Source: Camelus dromedarius
Taxonomy: Eukaryota
Length of the DNA stretch: 64,000 nucleotides
Direction of reading: 5' to 3'
Assembly (NCBI RefSeq): GCF_036321535.1
Contig: NC_087436.1
Span: 34,908,001 to 34,972,000, forward strand
Shown one piece after another: positions 63,642-64,000 of the stretch; the first letter of the stretch is position 1; the number at the start of each line of letters is the position of its first letter. The notes beneath the pieces were generated by a model, which ran no database searches, was not told the DNA's origin, and saw only the letters and a list, made by a program, of their open reading frames with translations. Made by a program: the position numbers and the translations under genes.

Positions 63642-64000
63642 TTCAAACTGGATAATCTCAATGGACCTATCTTTAAGATTGCTATTTGTTTATTTATATT
63701 CTCAATTTGATGAGACATTGTTCCCATATTTTCCTTTAATTCTTTAAACATGGTTATCTTTGGTTTCTTGAACATGTTTAAAATAATGATTTAAAATCTT
63801 TATTCAGCAGATCCAATGTCTTGGTTTCCTTTCATATAGTTTCAATTGACTTGTCACTTATTTTTCTTGTGTAGAGTCCATACTTGGTTTCTTTCTATGT
63901 CTTATGATTTCTGTTTGAAATTTGGACATTTTAAATAACACAGATTCACTTCCATCTGCAGGGTTTGTTGTTGTGGCTGCTTATTGTTGTGACTATTTGG
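63642..64000 (-). mobile_element. Old L1 fragment
   Basis: T-rich antisense L1M-type sequence (ttctttaaacatgg, gaaatttggacatttta). Confidence 0.55.

Noticed and set aside
1..64000. CRISPR arrays, tRNA/rRNA genes, known miRNAs and prokaryotic systems
   Set aside because: This is mammalian DNA with no repeat-spacer arrays. The tRNA-like boxes belong to SINEs, and I recognised no mature miRNA sequence by eye.

Overview
AT-rich, CpG-poor mammalian genomic DNA, most likely camelid (two Vic-1-like tRNA-derived SINEs). Much of it is interspersed repeat: L1, L2, MIR, MaLR/ERV LTRs, and hAT and Tigger DNA transposons. I see no intact protein-coding gene, RNA gene or CRISPR array; the supplied ORFs are repeat-derived or chance. 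The main result comes from manually translating the non-repeat sequence through stops and frameshifts. This reveals a heavily decayed, intron-containing gene on the + strand from about 4031 to about 36140. It starts with a signal-peptide-like ATG exon, continues through roughly 14 successive C-type lectin domain (CTLD) remnants with a probable Sushi/CCP module among them, and ends in a transmembrane-like segment. I infer a unitary pseudogene of a large multi-CTLD type I receptor that I cannot match to a named mammalian gene. The calls rest on by-eye motif matching. Exon boundaries and the domain count are approximate, and repeat subfamily names are from memory of consensus sequences.
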